Source of the DNA: Okamejei kenojei
Taxonomy: Eukaryota
Assembly: GCA_035221665.1 (NCBI GenBank)
Contig: CM069161.1
Location: 5,022,001-5,086,000, forward strand
Reading direction: 5' to 3'
Length of the DNA: 64,000 nucleotides
Of the stretch, positions 48,829-61,800 are shown in pieces. The notes under the pieces are model-generated. The model was not told where the DNA came from and made no database searches. It saw only the letters and a list, made by a program, of their open reading frames with translations. The position numbers were made by a program, and so were the translations under genes. Position 1 is the stretch's first letter; every line of letters starts with the position of its first letter.

Positions 48829-49242
48829 TGTCACTCGTGTAGGAAGATAGTTGAGCGGTGATTTGGTGGGGTTAAAAGGATAATAAATGAGAATGAAGAA
48901 GATTAGTTGGTGAAAGGATTCACGGATGAATTAGAAATGGAGCTCTTTGGGTTGAGGAAACTAACTGTAGTGTATGAAGGAACCCTTGAGGACATGCTTC
49001 ATGTCATAGGAGTAGAATTAGGCTGCTCGGCCTAACATTTGTCTACTCTGCCATTCAATCATCTATCTTTCTTTCCCTCTCAACCCCATTCTCCGGCCTT
49101 CTCCCCATAACCCTTGGCACCTTTACTGATCAAGAATCTGTCGTTCTCCGCCTTAAAAATACCCAATGACTTGGCCTCCACATCATCAGTGAGGTGGAGG
49201 ATCTAGGGAGCGTCTAAAGGAGAGCCCAATTGGAAGAAGATT

Positions 49243-49391
49243 TAAAGAAGGAACTGCAGATGCTGGAGAATCGAGGGTTACACAAAAAGCTGGAGAAAGT
49301 CTGAAGAAGGGTCTCGACCCGAAACGTCGCCTATCTCCTTCGCTCCTTAGATGCTGCTGCACCCGCTGAGTTTCTCCAGCTTTTTGTGTAA
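49243..49391. mobile_element. Fold-back Penelope-pLTR element with 20-bp TSD and hammerhead core
   Basis: TSD AGCCCAATTGGAAGAAGATT (49223-49242, 49392-49411). Core CTGAAGAAGGGTCTCGACCCGAAACGTC at 49301. Confidence 0.92.
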
Positions 49392-50194
49392 AGCCCAATT
49401 GGAAGAAGATTGATACCTTATGATGATGCATATATACTTGATAACACACATGTGGAGGACCCAGTGCAAAGATCCAGAGTGTGTAGGTGGTTCAGTGAGG
49501 TATCCACAGAGGCAGCTTGCAATATCTGGCCCCATCCTAAATATGTTGCGTGCTGTGGTAGCAGTTCCAGGTCAATAACAAAACATATTATACACTCTCG
49601 ATAATTGCTGTTAACACGGAAAACCAAGGAGTTTTTTTCCCCTTGACTTCCCTTTACTGTGATGACAGATAAAAATGTGGATAATTATCATGGAGACGAT
49701 ACTGTGAATGTTAACATTAGCAGGGATTTGAATTCTAGCCTCCCTATACTTGGCACAGTGAGATAATGTATGATGCCATATGACACCGCTGATAAGTCAC
49801 ATGGTTGTGACTATTATTGCTTGACAGAATTGGATATACCATTTACTGCATCAACTGGAGAAAAAAAGGAAATTGTGCGACATGCTGACAGTAAAAACAG
49901 TTGTGTGTTTCGAAAATATTCCTGTGTCAGCTATTTTAGCAGAAGCATTAATCCATTTAATTTAAACTGATTGCCATTCTTTAAATAATGGACGAAAGAA
50001 TTTAGTATGAGTGCACTAAGCAATGCATCAAAGTGCAATTTCAAGACCTTAAGAGCTTGTACAGACTAAGTATAACTTCTGTCAAGTGTGTTAAGCCAGA
50101 AACTAATGTTGCCAGTGTACATTTAAAATGCTGATCAAACTGAACTGGCCACCAGAACGGGCAGGAATTATATAACTCTTGTCTGTTTGCTCAT

Positions 50195-50960
50195 CCGCTA
50201 CACTGGAACTGACTGAGGTTGTTTACCTTGGAACAGAGGAGGTCTGTTGGAGAGTAATTGACTTGTTTAAAAGTAAAAGGCCAGAGACCAGTTTCCCTTG
50301 GAGAAAGCAACAACTCGGGAGCATAAATTTGAAGTAATTGGTCCGATTAGAGTAGAAAAAGTAAGCCACTTTAGAAAGGCTTGTAAATCATTGCCCAAGT
50401 GGCTGAGAGAGAGGCAGAAAGCTTTGAATATTAGAATTCCACAGCACAGCACTTGGCCCTTCGGCCCACCTAAACCATGCTGGCCTTTACACGTATCTAT
50501 GCTCATCCAATTTGCCTGCATTAGGCCCCTATCCCTTAATGCTTTTACGAAGTCCCCAGCTAAAAATGTCTTTTAAACATTGTAATTGTATCTGCCTCTG
50601 CCACCTCCTCTGGCTTCTCGTTCCAGATATTTACCACCCTCTGTATGAAAATCTTATTCCTCAGAATCTCCTTTGAATAACTCCCACACCTTAAACCTGT
50701 GCTCACATATTAGTGTAACCTCAAGCAGGTCAATCTTCTGCCTCTTGTGTTTCAGAGAGAATAAGCCCAGCCTATCTAATCTCTCCTTTAGAACCATTAC
50801 CTCTCCATTCCAGGCATCAACCCAGTGAATCTATTCTGCACTTTCTCTATTGAAAACACATCCTTCCTGTTGAGTGGCAATCAGAACCAGACGGAACTTG
50901 AAATGCAGTCTAATCAATGTTTTGTACTGCTGTAAGATGATGTCCCAACTCTTACGCACC
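50195..50960. mobile_element. Old CR1 fragments (plus ~50195-50420; minus ~50435-50960)
   Basis: ttaccttggaacagaggagg, then the reverse tail acagcacagcacttggcccttcggccc and ccagcctatctaatctctcc. Confidence 0.7.
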
Positions 50961-51204
50961 TACTTTTTTCCACAATGCCATAAAATTATGTCTAATTTTT
51001 CCATGAATCAGTGACTTCAATCCTCTGGCAGTAAGATTCATTATATATGCTATTCAACATACTTGGCACCACTTGACCAAATGAAGTAGAGGATTAAATA
51101 AAAAGTAAAATCAATTGTTAGCCAAATGTTCCAATGGCCAAGCAGTTAACGTTAATGTAGTTCCTCTCAGTCGAAGGCAAACAGGAACATGCGAGCCGTC
51201 ATAA

Positions 51205-51506
51205 AGCCCTGTCCCACTGCACGAGTTCATTCCAAGAGTTCTCCCGAGTTTGCCCTGATTCGAACTCGGAGATTTACGGCAATGGCCATTCGTCAATACT
51301 CGTTGAAAAATCTTCACGAGTCTTCCCGTGCTTACCTGCCGTTAGCGAATCTTCCCGAGTGCCTGCCGTTAGCATTATAAGCCGCTAAGAGACGTCCCCG
51401 AGCTCCGACGTACCCGCTACGTTCATTCTCCGTGCTTACCACGAGTTTTTTTTTTTTTTAAACTCGGGAGAGCTCTTGGAATGAACTCGTACCGTGGGAC
51501 AGGGCT
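51205..51506. mobile_element. MITE, PIF/Harbinger-like
   Basis: ~47-bp TIRs AGCCCTGTCCCACTGCACGAGTTCATTCCAAGAGTTCTCCCGAGTTT ... AAACTCGGGAGAGCTCTTGGAATGAACTCGTACCGTGGGACAGGGCT, flanked by TAA/TTA, with an internal tandem repeat tcttcccg.g...cctgccgttagc. Confidence 0.85.
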
Positions 51507-54500
51507 TTAATACATCTTGTACTGAATGGTTCACTGAATGCGTGCACACCATTTGTATTGGATCTGGGTCTGGCTCCATCTCAAGTGTGTAAGTAACTGA
51601 ACCTTTTGCTTAATGTGTGGTGTTTTTATTAATTAGTTTGTGATTCTGATGACTTGTAAACTTGAAAGGCTGGAATAGCTAGGCTTGAAGAACTATTAGC
51701 AAATAATTAGTTCTCGTTAGCACGTGAAAGCTGTAATGCTAAAAGGGTTTGTAGTTGCACGTGACATCATGTTTAAGTCAACATGTGACTAAAATATAAC
51801 TGGAAATGATGGCCCTAGCCTCAATCTCACAGCAAGCTACCCACTAGATCTGTTAATCTGTGCACCATTGTCCCTCTTGATAACTGCTGTTGGGTATCAG
51901 TTTCATATGAGCAGTCGTGGTACCATCACTTTGGCTGGGATGTGGGAGACTGCAAACGTGGCAGGAAAACTGCTCAACCTTTAGCTAATATTTTAAAGAT
52001 CTGGGATAAACATGTTATTTATTTTAAAATTCATTATGTTTTGTAATATGATTTAGGGAATTACAATCTGCATGCATAAAATTAGAAGATAGACACAAAA
52101 AAACTGGAGTAACTCAGCGGGTCAGGCAGCATCTCTGGAGAAAAGGAATAGGTGACGTTTTGGGTCGAGACTTTACTTCAGACTGAAAATTAAATTAAAA
52201 TGAGGTTGGCATTTTTTACTGATAATTTATTCTAGCAATAAAAACTTGTCATGTATTTTAATGAAAGGATATGGATCTGAGGTGTGAACATTCTTTCTGT
52301 CCCACAGATGATGTCTGCCCTACTGAGTGTTTCCAGCATTTTCTGTTTCCATTTCAGGATAAAATGGAGATTGATTTGTCCATTTGCCCTGTGAAACGTT
52401 TTAAACAAGAGCTGGGAAGTTTATTTTCAAAATAAAGTGGTGCTAAGGCAATGAAGAAACGCAATCAAGTGGAAATGTTTAAACAATTAGCAGGAGAAAT
52501 ATAAAAGTTATGATCAAGGCACCGTTGTTAAGTTGGTTACGTTGAAATTGGCATTGAGTGTCAGATTATGTAACGCGTGCTGGGAGATGGCTTGATGGGG
52601 TCCAGCAACAGAGAAAGGCAGTCGAGAAGAATTAGCCAATTCGCAAAGTTCACTGAAATTAAATGCATAGGGGTGCTGCAAATTAGAGGATGGGCAAGTT
52701 AATCTTCAGTGTAATAAAAGACAATGTTGAAATTGAGATCAAAGAGATGATAGACTCAAGGAACTGCAGATGCTGTTGTCTTGCATTGAACATAAAGTGC
52801 TGGAGTAACTCAGCGGGTCAGGCAGCATCCCTGGAGGACATGGATAGGTGGCGTTTTGGGTCAGCACTCTTCCTGAGACACATATGCGGCATGTCGGGTC
52901 TGGACATCATCTCAAAGGGATGATGCCTTAGTCTTACGACAGATTTAAATCTTGTGTTTCTAGAATCACCAAAGATCAAGGCACAGTAGTTATTACTCTG
53001 GGACAAGTGGTGGTAAAACAATTATTAAAAGTTAAGCCCGGCAGCTCTTCTGAGACTTGGGTCCCAGGATCCTGACAGAAGGTAACAAATCGGTGGAAAT
53101 TATGTCAATAATGTTAAAAAAATTATGCTAGTGTTGGAAGTTGACTAATGTGACACTTCTCTTACAAATGAGAGAACGAACCAAGTAAGAAAACGATGGC
53201 CAGTTCATCTTGCATTGTTCGTTGATGAATTATTAGTCTCTCGTGGTTGTTTCAATCAACTTTGTGAAAATCAATATGGCAATATATTGTGAAAATCAGA
53301 AAATGATGCCCAGTTAATTGGATTTTTTGATGGATTATTAGTCTATATAGGTTGTTCAACCAACTTTGCAGAGATCATTATAGCAATATATTATATAGCA
53401 ACAAATGCTTATGGTAGATATCTGATCTATTAGCTTCCGAAAGTATTTGGAAAGGTAGTTCATCTATTTAAAATCATCTATTTTAATTTCAAGCCAGGAT
53501 TAACTTGGAATTAAAGAGAGTGTTGGAGGACAGACACTAGAAAAGAGCTGAGAGGAAGTTTCAATGAGAATCATGGTTTGTAGTCAATAAAGTTCCTTGT
53601 TTAAATGTGCTGTATGTAAATTATCTAGATATGGGAATGACAGCACCATGCTGCAGTTCCTTGAGGATGACAGGTTGGGGAAAAATATGGTAAAATGAAG
53701 ATTGGGTGTGAGGAAAAACTGCAAGTGTACAGCAGGAAGAGCGGTTAGTGGCAGATGTCAATACAGAGGAAAAGTTCAAGTCTATAGTAAGATTATAAGT
53801 AATAAACCAGCTTTGGTATGCAGGTAGACAAGCGATTAAATACAAAAAGATGGCAAGCACGTAAAAAGGGCAAAGGAAAACCTTGGATTTATATTTTAAA
53901 ATAATTTGAAAGCATAGAATGTGGGTTAGATTGTCACTTGTGGAGAAAGGTGACAACATGATATCAGTGAGGCAAATGGCATCTTTCTGCAGATTGCCAA
54001 TGTTTGACCTCACTATACCTCACGTGGGTTTATCGCAGTGCTGCTTGCTACACCTTTACGCAGTAACTTGTACGCATACGCCAACCTTGATTAGTAAAGG
54101 ATGAGTATTTGTGGTTGCATTTTCGTTTACAGAAATTTAAACAACCTCTTGAATTGTGCTCAGAATCTTGCAGACAGAAGTAAACTTTTTTAGATTTGGT
54201 TAAAACAAGTGATTTATTGCCAGGGTTGTGGTGGAGATTGAGAAATGTGCACGGCCCAAAGTTTGAGGTTTAATCATGAAAGCTGAAAGCTTGCTTTTTC
54301 CAATTATGAATGCATATACTGTAACAGAGTGATATGCCTCTGGCTGAACAAGAATCCCTTATGGTTTTATGAATTGCCTTTTAATATACAAGGCAGAGAA
54401 ACCACTCTTTCCAATAGGAGGAGGGTCAGTGTAAGTTTAGACTTAATGGCCTTCTTTTTCTGAATTTGGGCAAATTTCAACTTTTGATTACTTCAAATAC

Positions 54501-55058
54501 AGAACATAATGGTCACTTTGCTCATATACAATGCCAGTATTCAGTGTCACACCCATCAGGTTAACTTCTACAGGTCCAAAGTCAACATCTCATGAAAAGA
54601 TTCCTTTACAAACATTATCTAGAGGTGGGGCTTGAAGATTGTTTGGTGTTTAAATTTGTATCGGTCATATTGTTTTTAATTTTGGTGTGTGCTTCAGTTC
54701 TAGTAGTCATGCCCTTGGAGGCCTAGTATAAAGGATTGCATTGCTACTTGTTATTTTTAGCAGTGCATCCAGTTGGCACAGGGCCAAAATATATATATAT
54801 ATATAGATGCAGTATGTTTAAACTGATTCATTCACTTCAAGAATATTTTGTTGGCCCATTACCAAACTAAGAGCTATGTAATGATTCCGGGAACTTTACC
54901 CATACCTGCTTGTGCTTCACCTAGAAGACCCTTCCGTGTGATTGTCAACTACCTTGACCCTACGTTCTAGCTTTCCCACCCTAAAGCTCTGGATGAGAAA
55001 CTAGGATAACATAAAACTAATGTGAACGATTATCGGCGTAGACCCTCCGTTGTGTTTC

Positions 55059-56080
55059 AAGTCAAGTCAAGAGAGTTTATTGTCGTGTGTCCCAGATAGG
55101 ACAATGACATTCTTGCTTTGCTTCAGCACTACAGAATATAGTAGGCATGAATACAGAACAGATCAGTGTGTCCATATACCATTATATAAATATATACACA
55201 ATATATACATCAATAAATAAGCAGATAAAGTGCGCAAATAAACAGATAATGTTCAGAGATTTGTTTCAGTTGAGTTTAATAGCCTGATAGCTGTGGGGAA
55301 ATAACTATTCCTGAACCTGGACGTTGCCGTCTTCAGGCTCCTGTACCTTCTACCTGAAGGTAGCGGGGAGATGAGTGTGTGGCCAGGATGGTGTGGGTCC
55401 TTGATGATGCTGCCAGCCTTTTTGAGGCAGCGACTGCGATAGATCCCCTCGATGGTAGGGAGGTCAGAGCCCATGATGGACTGGGCAGTGTTTACTAGTT
55501 TTTGTAGTCTTTTCCGCTCCAGGGCGCTCAAGGGCGCTCAAGTTGCCGAACTAAGCCACGATGCAACTGGCCAGCTTGCTCTCTACTGTGCACCTGTAGA
55601 AGTTAGAGAGAGTCCTCCTTGACAAACCGACTCTCCGTAATCTTCTCAGGAAGTAGAGGCGCTGATGTGCTTTCTTAATAATTGCATCAATGTTCTCGGA
55701 CCAGGAGAGATCTTCAGGGATGTGCACACCCAGGAATTTGAAGCTCTTGACCCTCGCTACCATCGACCCGTTGATATAAACGGGACTGTGGGTCCCCATC
55801 CTACTCCTTCCAAAGTCCACAATCAGTTCCTTGGTTTTGCTGGTGTTGAGGGCCAGGTTATTGTGCCGGCACCATTTGGTCAGTCGGTCGATCTCTCTTC
55901 TACACTCTGACTCGTCCCCATCAGTGATACGTCCCACAACGTCGGCGAACTTGATGATGGAATTCTCACTGTGACCGGCTACGCAGTCATGAGTATAGAG
56001 TGAGTACAGCAGGGGGCTGAGCACGCAGCCTTGAGGTGCTCCCGTACTGATTGTTATCAAGGCTGACACATTTCCACCAA
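55059..56080 (-). mobile_element. Young Rex1/Babar LINE 3' fragment
   Basis: ORFs 55551-56069 ([42 protein letters not shown]) and 55253-55531 (PHHPGH..LPSGRRYRS..SRFRNSYFP), with a (TTGAC)n tail. Confidence 0.95.
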
Positions 56081-56711
56081 TATATCTCTAAACCAAACAG
56101 AATTATCTTAATATCCCTCTTAAAAGCAACCTGTTTGAGCAATGTTTCAGTCACCTGCTCCTGGTGGGTGACATTTTTTGTTTAGTAACAGCAGAATTAA
56201 AAACATAGGGTGATAGAAATGTTCAACATTGTTCAAAGGGTGTTAGAAATGCAAGTTGTTGATGCATTTGTGCACAAACTTCCTCCTTAAATTCAAATAA
56301 GTGCTTTATTTAGCCTCTTGAGTTATGTTCTCATACCCTTTACTATTTTCAACATTTTCTTGCTAATCCAGTGCCTTGTCCATTTTCCTTCCTTCTCATC
56401 ATAATCCCGATCCCTTAATTTAGTATCGCTCCTGCCCCATTCTTTGCAGGAATTTGCTTCAAATTTGGAAGAGTCTTTCTTGTATTAGTGTTGATTTGAA
56501 ATTAAAATTTAAGGCTGTAAATGTTGTATTGATTACTCAGTTTATCACATTTGAACTTCAAGTTCCATCTCTGCAACTATTGTATGGTTCACTAATTACC
56601 AAAGCCTGGAGTTCAATTTTGCCTGAGTTTCCAGAGGGGAATACATAACAATGAGAGCTCAGACCAGACGCAAATGGGTCAAGGTACAACTGGAATCAAA
56701 CCTCTTGAGAC

Positions 56712-57742
56712 GTACAGGGAACTGCAGTCGCTGGTTTACAAAAAAAGACACAAAGTGCTGGAATAACTCAGTGGGTCAGCCAGCATCTCTGGAGAACAAG
56801 GATAGGTGATGTTTTGGGTCAGATTGATTGCGCTGGGGGCAGGTGGGGGAAAGCTAGAAGTGAGATGGGGATGGGACAAAGTTTGGCAAGTGATAGGTGG
56901 ACACAGGTGAGGGGACATTTTGATAGGCAGATGGGTGGACAAACCAGAGATTCAAAGATACGGATAGAAGAGGTGTGAAGTTAGAGGAAGGAATACAGGT
57001 GGGAGGGAACGGGAAAGGGGGAAGGAGAGAAATGGGTGTGAATCCAGGTGGGACACAGGGGAGAAGGGGGGGGGGAGGGGGTATTGTTTGTCGGTAAGTT
57101 ATCTCCGTTTGGAGAATTTGATGTTCATACTGTTAAAGAAGGAACTGCAGATGCTGGAGAATCGAGGGTACACAAAAAGCTGGAGAAACTCAGCGGGTGC
57201 AGCAGCATCTAAGGAGCGAAGGAGATGGGCGACGTTTCGGGTCGAGACCCTTTTTCAGACTGAAGAAGGGTCTCGACCCGAAACGTCGCCTATCTCCTTC
57301 GCTCCTTAGATGCTGCTGCACCCGCTGAGTTTCTCCAGCTTTTTGTGTACCCTTGATGTTCATAATGTTAGGTTCTAAGCTAGCCAAGAGGAATATGAGG
57401 TGCTGTTCCTCCAGTTTGTATTTGTCCTCACTCTGGCAAATGAGGAGGTCCAAGTCAGAAAGGTAAGCGTGGGAATGGAAAGGGGAGTTAAAATGGTTAG
57501 CAACCAAGAGACCCAGCAGATAAGTCCATTGTATGTGTAGGATGAACAAACAGCTAACACTGGCCTGTTTCCTTTATCATCGTTAGTTTTTTTGCATATA
57601 TTTCATTCATTGTTCTTTATCTCTCTACACCATTGTCTATATCTCTCGTTTCCCTTATCCCTAACTAGTCTCGACCCGAAACGTCACCCACTCCTTCTCT
57701 CCAGAGATGCTGCCTGCCCTGCTGAGTTACTCCAGCTTTTTG
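56712..57742. mobile_element. Composite Penelope remnant (minus GIY-YIG end + pLTR; plus pLTR 57545-57742) with nested fold-back element
   Basis: Minus ORF LLVANHFNSPFHSHAYLSDL...KYKLEEQHLIFLLASLEP, plus pLTR modules on both strands. Confidence 0.85.
57136..57352. mobile_element. Fold-back Penelope-pLTR element with ~18-bp TSD and two inverted hammerhead cores
   Basis: TSD TTGATGTTCATA(C/A)TGTTA (57118-57135, 57353-57370). Centre: gacgtttcgggtcgagaccctttttcag-a-ctgaagaagggtctcgacccgaaacgtc. Confidence 0.92.
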
Positions 57743-59374
57743 CATCCACTGTATGTCTATCTCATCTGTTTGGTGCATGTTATGGGCAGGGTACAAGCTC
57801 TGCGGTGGTGTGCATGGAATGTTAGGGCTGGGATAAAGAAGCGGACACCGGCAAGCAATGGTGCATGGTGGCCCTTTGCCCACTCGGTGGCAGCAAGTTG
57901 GAAGCCGAGGTTCTAAAACGGGCGTTTCGCCAACACGAGCAAGTGGATTCATGCCTGTTTTTGGAAGCCAACAGAGGAACTGTATATTATCCCGCTCATT
58001 CAGGCACGGGGTATTTCAGGTAGTCCTGAGGCACAGGAGACAGCATGTGCGGAATTATGTTTCCTGCCAATTTTCCTTGCCAAGGAGTGGGTGCAAACTT
58101 TACCCCTAAACGTTTCTAATTATACAAGTGGTGGGTGAGGAAGAGCGAGCATTCATTATTGGGTGGAGAGGAACTGGGTGGTGTCCGAATATTTCCTGTG
58201 AGGAGGTTCGGGGAGAAGGTTCGGGGGCATGCTTGAATGGCCACATACATTCTAGTCTCAGCAATCTGAGATTTATTTATTGACTTTTTTGAGTAGGTTT
58301 TTGTACATTTGTTTTGCTTTGGGTTCAGCTATCTGAGCTCTTTTATATGCTCTGAAGGGGTGCATTGTACTCTGCTGATGTTGGCTGTGGTGCGGCTTGG
58401 TCAGGGAACAGACGGTACAGAGACTGTGGTACAGAATGTATGTTGTTTCCAAACTGGCGACCACTCCTAAGGACAGGGAGACTTCTGTGCACAGGTTGGA
58501 GTGATTCTCGACACGTGGTCCTGGTGCTGAGAAAGGACCCTCTGTCCTGCTGCTTGCTACTCCAGGTTTCAGACTTTACAAGTGCTGCTTTGAGCTTGGC
58601 ATCATGGTAAACTCCCTTCCCAAGCAAACACTAAGACCACTGCATGGATTCTAATGAACTTGTGAAATCAACGGCTACATCTCCCGATTCACAGAGCAAA
58701 GCTTCCCACTGCTCAGCTCGCTACAACCATGTTAGCTTGCCTTTAAAAGCTAAATTTAAATTCACACCAATGCTTTTGAAAATAAAGCGAAAGGTGCAAG
58801 TGTTGGAAATATGAAATAACAACAGATAATGCTTCAACCACTCAGTGAGGCAGGTGGCATATATGTGGAAAGGGGAACACAGTTAACTTTTCCGAGGATT
58901 GTTTAATAAAAATTGGACTGGACAGAAAGGACAGGCTACTTTTGTATGAAGAGAAACAGAATTAATATTTCAGATCTAAGACCCATCATCAGAACTGTGA
59001 AATAGAGAAAAAAATGACACTTTCTTTCCTAGTTCTGATGAAGTGTCTTTGAACGGAAGGATTACAGCTCGGATTCTCTTTGCACAGATGTTGCCGGACC
59101 TGTTTGGAACCCCCGTTAAATGCTTCTGGATATTTTAAGCTCTGCATTGCAAATATTGGCTTCGGTAGCTGAGCTTCCAACCTGTCTGTATTCCCAAATT
59201 TTGAAACGTAGTTAAAAAAAAAAAATGTTTTTGTTGTGTGTACCTTTACTGAGTCTCTGCACACTGGACTGAAACTGTTAGCGCAGAGCTGTCGTTGATT
59301 TTTAAAACGGGCAGAAGCTGGAAAACCCATTCGAAGGTAAAAAGGTGTCGCCTGAGCAGGGAAGTACTTTGGAC

Positions 59375-60080
59375 AAAATCCAGTGTGGAAATGTCAAATA
59401 TGAGAGGGCAGAGACTTTATGCTGAGAGGGGCATTGTTTAAACCAGATGTGTGGGGAAAGTTTTTTTACACAGTTGTGGGTGCCTGGAATGTGTGGCGAG
59501 GAGAGGTGGCGAAGGCAGATACGATCATGACACTTTAGGGGATTTTATGTAGGTGCATGGATATGCAGGAAATGGGGGGATATGGATTACGTGCAGGCAG
59601 AGGAGATTAGTTTAATTTGATATTATGTTCGACACGAACATTAAGGGCTGCAGGGCCTGTTCATAGACTCATTGAGTCCTACAGCATGGAAACAAACCTT
59701 TGGTCCAACTTGCCTACACTGCCCAACATGTCCCATCTACATTAATCCTGCATTTGGCCCATATACCTCTAAATCTGTCCTATCCATATACTTGTCTCAA
59801 TGTTTCTTAAATGTTGTGATAGTACCTGCCTCAACTACCTCCTCCGGCAGCATGTTCCATAACCTACCACATTTTACGCGAAAAAGGTTCCTATTAAACC
59901 TTTGCAACCTCACCATAAACCTATGTCCTCTATTTCTCAATTCCCCTACTCTGGGCAAGAGACTCTGTGCGTCTACCCAAAATATTCCTGGCATGATTTT
60001 GTACATCTCTATAAGATCACCCCTCATCCTCCTGTGCTCCAAGGAATAGAGTCCTATAGTTCCTGTACTGTTCTGTTCTA
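59375..60080. mobile_element. Two CR1 3' fragments, tail-to-tail (plus 59375-59662; minus 59663-60050)
   Basis: Minus ORF 59797-60042: EHRRMRGDLIEMYKIM...RGHRFMVR...WNMLPEEVVEAGT. Confidence 0.88.
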
Positions 60081-61129
60081 TATTCTAAAATCAAGATGAC
60101 TTTGAAGTGAGAGTGGGATATTGGTCATTTAACCTAGAAATTCTATAATGCAGCACAACAGACAGGTAAAATTTTTGTCAGAGACCATATGACTGGGTAA
60201 CTTACTGGGCATAGACCACACTTCTATATATTGTGGTTCTGAGCTTATGGCAAATACTATGGAGAACACTGGACAAGAGGTGTGGCATTATTAGTCCAAA
60301 AGTAAATGATTGATATCACTGCATGTGTTTTTTTTAATGTCCAAGTATGCAATTTCAAAACAGTTGCCTCATCTGGAGAATCAAGGTGTGCTCTAGTGTT
60401 AATTGAAGGACCTTTTCAAGGTTTGGCTCTGGCAGAGAAACTTCTGCAGGAGTAGATCAATTTTTCGTAAGGCAAATGCCTTATCTCTCAACATGTTTAG
60501 TGACTGCCTCCATCACCCTAATCCCGTGATTATCTCCAAATGTACCCGGATTGCCCCTCTGAACATTTTATACCCTCCCCACCCACTTTATCCTCTGGAA
60601 TCCAATTCAAAATTCATCCTGGGAACCCCTCTGATGTCCTCCTTGCTTCCTGGATGTTGTAACTGAGCACCACTTGGTACCATCACCACATTCAGTTCAG
60701 TGGAACCACGAGAGTGGAAGGTGAGTGTCAACACTGGCTGATGGTCACTGTTTGGATCTCACTCCGAATATCTGTTACTGATCTGCACAGCAAGATTGTT
60801 CATGGGACTTAATTCAGATTGATGCCAATGAAACTACGGTTCTCAACTATCCTGAAGAAGGAGCATTTTTCGATGTTAATGATTTGAGTTCAGTCAATAA
60901 CTGTCTTTGTAGGTTTATATCGCATCTTTATAGTTTCCTTCAGAAGAAGACATAAGAATGAATTTATTGATCCAGATAATAAAAAAGAATTGCGGCATTA
61001 TAATAGATCCCATTAAAAAACAAAATTTGCTTTCATTGGATCATGAGAAACCACATTGTTGGAGGGAGTGGCCATGAACACATTTTATTAAATGTTTTTT
61101 CTACCTGTTATTTACTGCACTTTCTCGAT

Positions 61130-61800
61130 GGGTGGGCTATTGGGAGGTGCAGAATGTAAATTTACAGATCCATAAAGATGGCAGGCAAGTCAAAAAGATG
61201 GTCAGAAACAAACCAAACTGAATGCTTTTGTTGATGAGAGCAGCGATCTTAACTGAGGACATGAGGTGGGTCACAGCTTGAATGCTGCTTTCAGTTCTGG
61301 TCACCACATTATGGGCAGGAAGTGATTAAAATTGAAATGGTACAGAGAAGATTTATGAGGATGTTGCCAGAACTGGAACATTGTGGTGTTGGGGGAGTTT
61401 GGGTTCCAGACTGCTAGCTTGTTTGACGCCTCTATTAAGAGCTAGGGTTATTTTTATTGAAATGGAGATGGATGAGTAGGAGACCTAGTGAAGGATATAT
61501 ATTTATAAAGGGCCTATATAGCGTAAATAGGAGGGATGTCTTTCCCTTCATAGAGGCTCCAAAAAACGTGGGGTAGAGAGTTAAAGAAATTGTGAAAAGG
61601 ATGTGAGGGAAGGAAGTATTATTTTCATGGAGGGCATGGTAGAGGTCTAGAACCCGATGCCTGAGGGTGGTGGCAGCAGAAACTCTCGTCACCTGATGGG
61701 ACTTGGATGTGTTCTTGTCGGGCCGAGACCTGCAGATCCAATGCTTGTGCTAGCAGGCAGAGCTCTGACTGGCATGGACCTGAGGTGCTGAATTGCATTG
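61130..61800 (+). mobile_element. Old CR1 3' fragment
   Basis: cacagcttgaatgctgctttcagttctggtcaccacattatggg...gtacagagaagatttatgaggatgttgccagaactgg. Confidence 0.75.

Noticed and set aside
49770-49970. Faint actin-like peptide (LTE...FT...EIVR)
   Set aside because: Only a few scattered identities, no flanking similarity and no retrocopy hallmarks; likely chance.
53231-53395. Diverged ~60-bp tandem duplication
   Set aside because: It lies in what appears to be decayed CR1 sequence and is an ordinary local duplication with no array structure.
9893-58612. Recurrent ATG|GTAA sites (9893, 17324, 29603, 29835, 58604) as a set of alternative first exons
   Set aside because: A 7-mer like this is expected several times in 64 kb of AT-rich DNA. 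Only the 29.2-29.8 kb case has supporting context.
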